Assembly (NCBI GenBank): GCA_963700145.1
Contig: OY969474.1
Location: 4,800,001 to 4,864,000, forward strand
Origin: an uncultured Acidobacteriota bacterium
GTDB taxonomy: Bacteria; Acidobacteriota; Thermoanaerobaculia; Multivoradales; UBA5704
Length of the DNA: 64,000 bases
Direction: 5' to 3'
The translations under genes and the position numbers were made by a program. How positions within the stretch are numbered: position 1 is the first letter of the stretch; the number at the start of each line of letters is the position of its first letter. Under the pieces are notes generated by a model. It searched no databases. It saw nothing but the letters and a program-made list of their open reading frames with translations, and had not been told where the DNA came from. Of the stretch, positions 59,603 through 64,000 are shown in pieces.

Positions 59603-61504
59603 GAACAGCCGCCGGAAGGCGGGGTCGTCCGCGAGCCCGTAGTCCTTCGCACGCACCAGCAAGAGATGGTCGGCGCCGAGGGCGCGCAGCCGGGCGTGGA
59701 GCGCCGCCGGGTCGGCGAGGAGCGGCAGGACCTCCTGGAAGCCGTAGGGGCCGAACCAGTCGCCCAGGAAGCTCCCGCTGGCGAAATAGGCGTGGTTCTC
59801 GGCGTGCAGGGCGTAGACGGCGTAGCGCCGGCCGCAAGTCCGGTCGAGGAAACGGAGAGCGGGGTAGCCGGGGAGGGCGCGAGCCAGGTAGGCGTCGCGC
59901 GCCGCGACGGTCGCTGGCAGCGGTCCCTGGCGATCGAGGCGCCAGACCGCGTAGAGCCAACCCGGCAGGAGACAGAGGACCGTGAGGACGGCGACCGCCG
60001 CAGCCCGGCGCCGCTCGGCCAGGCGCGCGATGAGGGGCAGGAGCGAGAGCGCGGTCGCCAGGCTGACGAGCGGCAGGACCGGGACCAGGTAGCGCGCGTC
60101 CGGCGGCAGCAGCGGGAAGAGGGCGAGCCAGCCGGCGACCGGAACGAGGAGCCAGCGCACGCGGCGCTCGCGCAGGGCGCCGGCGGCGAGGACCGGCAGC
60201 GCCAGCAGGTAGAGCGGCGAGAAGGGGGGCTGGCGGCTGGTCAGCTCGCGCGTGAAGACCAGGTCCCAGGGGAGAAGCGGGAGCCGCGCCCACCGCCGCG
60301 CCAGCTCGCTCGGCGGCGCGTCGAACCCACGGTGGGCGGCCGGAATGACGCTCGCGTCCAAGCTCCAGGCGGACTCCCCGAAGACCTGCGGCAGCAGCGG
60401 GAAGAGCGGGTTGCCGGTGTGCGCCGCGATGCGGGCGTGGGTAGGGAGCAGGGCGGCGAGGGCGCAGGCCGCGACCAGCGCGGCCGCCCGCCAGCGCCGG
60501 CGCCGCGGCGCCAGCGCCAGCGCCCCCAGCACGGTCACCCCGACGAAGTAGAGCCCCTGGTACTTGACCGCCGCGGCGCTGCCGGCGAAGACGCCCGCCA
60601 GGGCGAGCCAGCCTCTGTGCGAGGTGCCGCGCCAGCGGTCGGCGGCGTAGAGGGCGGCGGCGACGAAGAGGGTGAGGAGCATCTCGACGTAGGCGGTGGC
60701 GGCGAGGTGGGCGACGATCGGGTTGCCGAGGAAGAGGCCGGCGGCGACGGCGCCGGCGGCGGGGGCGCCGGCGTGGCGTCCCCAGGCGAGGAGGAGGGCG
60801 GCGGTGAGGGCGGCGGCGAGGAGCTGGACGAGGTGGGTGGCGACGTCGCCGGCGAAGAGGAGGGCGATGGCGGAGAGGAGCTCGGCGAGGGCGGGGAAGA
60901 CGGGGAAGCGCAGGGTGGGGAGGAAGGGGAGGGCGCCGGATTGGGCGAAGGCACGGGCCATGGGGAGGTGGTAGGTGGTGGCGTCGAAGGCTGTGGGGGG
61001 GTAGAGGGCTAGGACGAAGAACGGCGCGGCGGCGGCGATGGCGGCGATTGCGAGGGTTGGCGCGAGGAGCCCGGCGGCTCTCCTCCGCCGGGAACCGGCG
61101 GGCGCTTTGTGGACTGCTGGATCTGAGGCGCCCGCCTGCGCTTCGCTGCGCGCGGGATCGGGTTCACCTACGGAGGGGATTGCCGGCGCTTGCGAAGAGC
61201 TTCCCGGCGGAGGAGAGCCGCCGGGCTCCTGGGACCGGGGGCGTTTCCTTACCCAGAAAAGAGCGGTGAGGAGGGCTGTGGCGGCGAGGAGTGGGAGCGG
61301 GGACAGACGGCCGACTAGGCCCAGGAAGAATGCGAGGTGGCCTATGAGGGCCAAGCCCAGTGTGGCGGCTAGGGCGTGGCGCTCTAGGCTGCTTATAGTC
61401 GGGAGGCGATGGGTTAGGGGGATGCCGGTGGCCCAGGCGGCGGTGGCTAGGCCTGCCAGGAAGAGGAGGTTGCGGGCTATGAAGGTGGCGGCCTCCGGGG
61501 TCAT
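59549..61504 (-). CDS. Polytopic GT-C/ArnT-PMT-like membrane glycosyltransferase
   Basis: [33 protein letters not shown]; many TMs. Confidence 0.75.
   Translation of the reverse strand: MTPEAATFIARNLLFLAGLATAAWATGIPLTHRLPTISSLERHALAATLGLALIGHLAFFLGLVGRLSPLPLLAATALLTALFWVRKRPRSQEPGGSPPPGSSSQAPAIPSVGEPDPARSEAQAGASDPAVHKAPAGSRRRRAAGLLAPTLAIAAIAAAAPFFVLALYPPTAFDATTYHLPMARAFAQSGALPFLPTLRFPVFPALAELLSAIALLFAGDVATHLVQLLAAALTAALLLAWGRHAGAPAAGAVAAGLFLGNPIVAHLAATAYVEMLLTLFVAAALYAADRWRGTSHRGWLALAGVFAGSAAAVKYQGLYFVGVTVLGALALAPRRRRWRAAALVAACALAALLPTHARIAAHTGNPLFPLLPQVFGESAWSLDASVIPAAHRGFDAPPSELARRWARLPLLPWDLVFTRELTSRQPPFSPLYLLALPVLAAGALRERRVRWLLVPVAGWLALFPLLPPDARYLVPVLPLVSLATALSLLPLIARLAERRRAAAVAVLTVLCLLPGWLYAVWRLDRQGPLPATVAARDAYLARALPGYPALRFLDRTCGRRYAVYALHAENHAYFASGSFLGDWFGPYGFQEVLPLLADPAALHARLRALGADHLLLVRAKDYGLADDPAFRRLFLEIYADRHARLFRLAGG
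61172..61226 (-). repeat. Intragenic hairpin element, copy 1 (encodes [17 protein letters not shown])
   Basis: 27-bp exact match AGCTCTTCGCAAGCGCCGGCAATCCCC with 63376-63402, plus similar flanks. Confidence 0.88.
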
Positions 61505-61540
61505 GGGCGGCTCAGCATGCGGTAGCGATCTTTTCGGGGC

Positions 61541-61579
61541 ATACCATATGTTGTACCCGGCGCGGGCGTTTGCTATCCT
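61541..61579 (+). promoter_or_regulatory. NrdR-box-like site plus extended -10 upstream of smc
   Basis: ATACCATATGTTGTAC at 61541-61556; TGCTATCCT at 61571-61579. Confidence 0.45.
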
Positions 61580-61597
61580 GCCGACCTCTTCGCCGTC

Positions 61598-64000
61598 ATG
61601 CTGAAACTCGACCTCCTCGAGCTGTCCGGCTTCAAGTCTTTCGTCGATCCGGTGCGCGTCCGGTTCGCCGGCGGGATCACCGCGATCGTCGGGCCCAACG
61701 GGTGCGGGAAGAGCAATCTCTCCGACGCCATGACGTGGGTGCTGGGCGAGCAGAGCGCCAAGAGCTTGCGCGGCGGCACGATGGAGGACGTCATCTTCAA
61801 CGGCGCCGAGCAGCGCAAGCCGCTCGGTATGGCCGAGGTCACTCTCCAGCTCAAGACCCACCCTGGCGCGGCCGGCTCCGAGGACGGCCGCATCGCCTTG
61901 GGCCGGCGGGTCTTCCGCGGCGGCGAGAGCCAGTACCGGCTGAACGGCCGCACCGTGCGGCTCAAGGACGTGCGCGACCTGCTGATGGACACGGGGCTCG
62001 GCATCCGCGCCTACTCGGTGATCGAGCAGGGGAAGATCGGGCTGATCCTCTCCGGCAAGCCGCAGGAGCGGCGCAAGCTCCTCGAAGAGGCCGCCGGCAT
62101 CACCCGCTACAAGGTGCGCAAGGGGCTCGCCGAGGTGAAGCTCGAGGAGGCGACCGCCAACCTCGTGCGGCTCGACGACATCATCGCCGAGGTCGAGCGC
62201 GCGCTGCGCTCGCTCAAGCGCCAGGCGGGCGCCGCGCGCCGCTACCAGCAGGCCGAAGGGGAGTACCGCGGCCTCCTCGAGCTGGTGCTGACCGGGCGTT
62301 GGGACGCGCTGGCTGCGCGCCTCGCCGCGGTGCGCGGGCAGATCGACGAGGCCGGCGCGCGCGAGGCCGAGCTGGCGGCCGCGCTCCACCGCGACGAGGC
62401 GGCGCTCGCCGCCGGCCGCGAGCGGCTCGACTCGATCGCCAGCGAGGTGGCGGCGCGCCACCAGCGGCAGGCCGACCTCGCGGCGCGGATCGAGGGCGGG
62501 CAGCAGTTCGTCAAGGCGAACCGCCAGACCGGGCAGGAGATCGCCGAGCGCGCCGCGCAGGCGCAGGCGCTCGCCGCGCGGCGGCGCGAGGAGCTGGCGC
62601 GGCTCGACGAGGCGCTCGCCGAGCTGGCGGCGGTGCGGCGCGACCTGGCCGCCGAGCGCGACACGGCCGCCGCGGCGGTCGACGCCGACCTCGCCGAGAT
62701 CGCCGCCGCCGACTCGGGGCTCAGCGAGGCGCAGGCGCGGCTGGAGGCGCGGCGCGCCGATCTCCTCGCCCGCACCGCCGAGACCAACGGCCTGCGCGGG
62801 CGCCTGCAGCAGACGCAGCTCGAGCTCGACCGCGGCGACTTCCGCCGCCACCATTTAGAACAGGAGCTGGGCCGGCAAGGGCAGGAGCTGGCGACCGCGA
62901 CCGAGGCGCTGGCCGCGGCGCGCGAGCGGACGGCGGCGCTGGAGGCCGACCTCGCCGAGCGCGCGGCCGCCCTCGACGGCGTCACCGCCGCCCTCGACAC
63001 GGCGATGCGGCGCGAGGCCGAGGCGACGACCACACGGCGCGAGCTGGAGGAACGCCTCTCGGCCGCGCGGCAGCGCCAAGCGATCCTCGGCGAGCTGTCC
63101 CGTGCCCACTCCGAGCGGCGGGCGGCGCTCGAGGAAGCGCTGCGCGAAGCCGGGATCGACTCTCCCGACTATCTCGCATCGCGCGCGCGAGCCCTCGAAG
63201 GCTGGGAGCGCGCCCTCGACTTCTACCTAGGCGCCCTGGCCGACGCCGTCATCCTCGCCCCCAACTCCTCGGCCCTCGACCTCGCCCGCACCCTAGCCGG
63301 CCGCGCCGCCGCCATCCTCATCGAGCCTCTTTGCACGTGGGACGGTGACGGGCCCGGGGGGCTCCCCTGCCGGGTAGCTCTTCGCAAGCGCCGGCAATCC
63401 CCCCCGCATCCGCCGCCGACGACCCTGCCGTCCTCCTCTCGCTCGGCCAAGCGCTCGGATTGCCGGAAGAGCTGGCGGCAGTTCTGCCGCCGGCCTACCT
63501 CGTCGAAGACCCCGCCGACGCCGAGCGCCTCGCCCGCGCCCACCCCGGCGCGGCCTTCCTCTCGCGCCACGGCGTCTGGGTCGCGGGCGGCACCTTCCAC
63601 GTCGAGGGCGAGGTCGTCACCCCCGGCGTCCTGGAGCGGCGGCGCGAGCTCGAAGGGCTCGACCGCGAGGTGCCGGACTTGGCCGCCCGCCTCGCCGCGG
63701 CCGCCGCGCGGCTGGAGGAGCTGGTCGCCGCCCGCGCCGCCCTCGCCGGCGACGCCAACCGCCTGCAGAGCGCGGTGGCGCAGCTGCGCCAGGAGCTGGC
63801 GGTGGCGAGCGCGCGCCACGAGGACGCCGCCCACCGCCACCGCCGCCTCGCCAACGAGACCGAGACCCTCGGCACCGAGCGCGAGGAGGTGGGGCGCGAG
63901 CTGGCGCGCACCGAGGCGCGCCGGGAAGGGCTGGCGCGCGACCTCGCCGAGGCCGAGCGCGCGCTCGTCTCCGCCGACGAGCGGCTCTCCGCCGCGCAGG
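61598..64000 (+). CDS. smc: Chromosome segregation protein SMC (partial; frame change near 63356-63361)
   Basis: MLKLDLLELSGFKSF, AIVGPNGCGKSN, WVLGEQSAKSLRG, IEQG, LEEAAGI, coiled coil. Sensible protein continues in the -1 frame after the G6 run. Confidence 0.93.
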   Translation, partial: MLKLDLLELSGFKSFVDPVRVRFAGGITAIVGPNGCGKSNLSDAMTWVLGEQSAKSLRGGTMEDVIFNGAEQRKPLGMAEVTLQLKTHPGAAGSEDGRIALGRRVFRGGESQYRLNGRTVRLKDVRDLLMDTGLGIRAYSVIEQGKIGLILSGKPQERRKLLEEAAGITRYKVRKGLAEVKLEEATANLVRLDDIIAEVERALRSLKRQAGAARRYQQAEGEYRGLLELVLTGRWDALAARLAAVRGQIDEAGAREAELAAALHRDEAALAAGRERLDSIASEVAARHQRQADLAARIEGGQQFVKANRQTGQEIAERAAQAQALAARRREELARLDEALAELAAVRRDLAAERDTAAAAVDADLAEIAAADSGLSEAQARLEARRADLLARTAETNGLRGRLQQTQLELDRGDFRRHHLEQELGRQGQELATATEALAAARERTAALEADLAERAAALDGVTAALDTAMRREAEATTTRRELEERLSAARQRQAILGELSRAHSERRAALEEALREAGIDSPDYLASRARALEGWERALDFYLGALADAVILAPNSSALDLARTLAGRAAAILIEPLCTWDGDGPGGLPCRVALRKRRQSPPHPPPTTLPSSSRSAKRSDCRKSWRQFCRRPTSSKTPPTPSASPAPTPARPSSRATASGSRAAPSTSRARSSPPASWSGGASSKGSTARCRTWPPASPRPPRGWRSWSPPAPPSPATPTACRARWRSCARSWRWRARATRTPPTATAASPTRPRPSAPSARRWGASWRAPRRAGKGWRATSPRPSARSSPPTSGSPPRR
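63352..63405 (+). repeat. Intragenic hairpin element, copy 2 (in the smc hinge region)
   Basis: GCCCGGGGGGCTCCCCTGCCGGGTAGCTCTTCGCAAGCGCCGGCAATCCCCCCC. Confidence 0.88.

Noticed and set aside
61226-63352. Invertible segment between the two inverted element copies
   Set aside because: No recombinase nearby, and inversion would create implausible SMC/GT-C chimeras.

Overview
A very GC-rich bacterial chromosomal segment. Gene style (TonB with GVPG repeats, TPR lipoproteins, secreted beta-helix proteins) suggests Acidobacteriota; this is an inference. From left to right it carries: an ExbB/TonB/TPR operon end; amino-acid and peptide transporters (DAACS, APC, CstA with an unusual Cys/His-rich tail); a His-rich outer-membrane protein, mgtE and dedA; and a large phosphate cluster (membrane pyrophosphatase, OprO/P-type porin and pstSCAB around divergent Pho boxes, phoU-arsC, modABC, phoBR, ppk1, CHAD, sixA). 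A decaying accessory region of about 10-13 kb follows pstB. It contains a duplicated pstB 3' end, an intact IS3 with a 4-bp target duplication, IS remnants, pseudogenes, a 21-bp palindromic tandem array, a Tat-exported cytokinin-dehydrogenase-like oxidase coupled to an ependymin-like gene, and ligC with a ligD stub. The right part has gcvTHP, larE-larB, queA, a peptide ABC transporter, an orphan kinase, a GT-C glycosyltransferase and smc. Most notable: (i) one ~55-bp hairpin element sits inside two unrelated genes (GT-C and smc) in the same peptide register, and smc changes frame at its G-run; (ii) the eukaryote-like CKX plus ependymin-like gene pair; (iii) a DUF2946/CruR-like metal-sensing module apparently fused to CstA upstream of a His-rich barrel. 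All calls come from reading the sequence; no searches were run.
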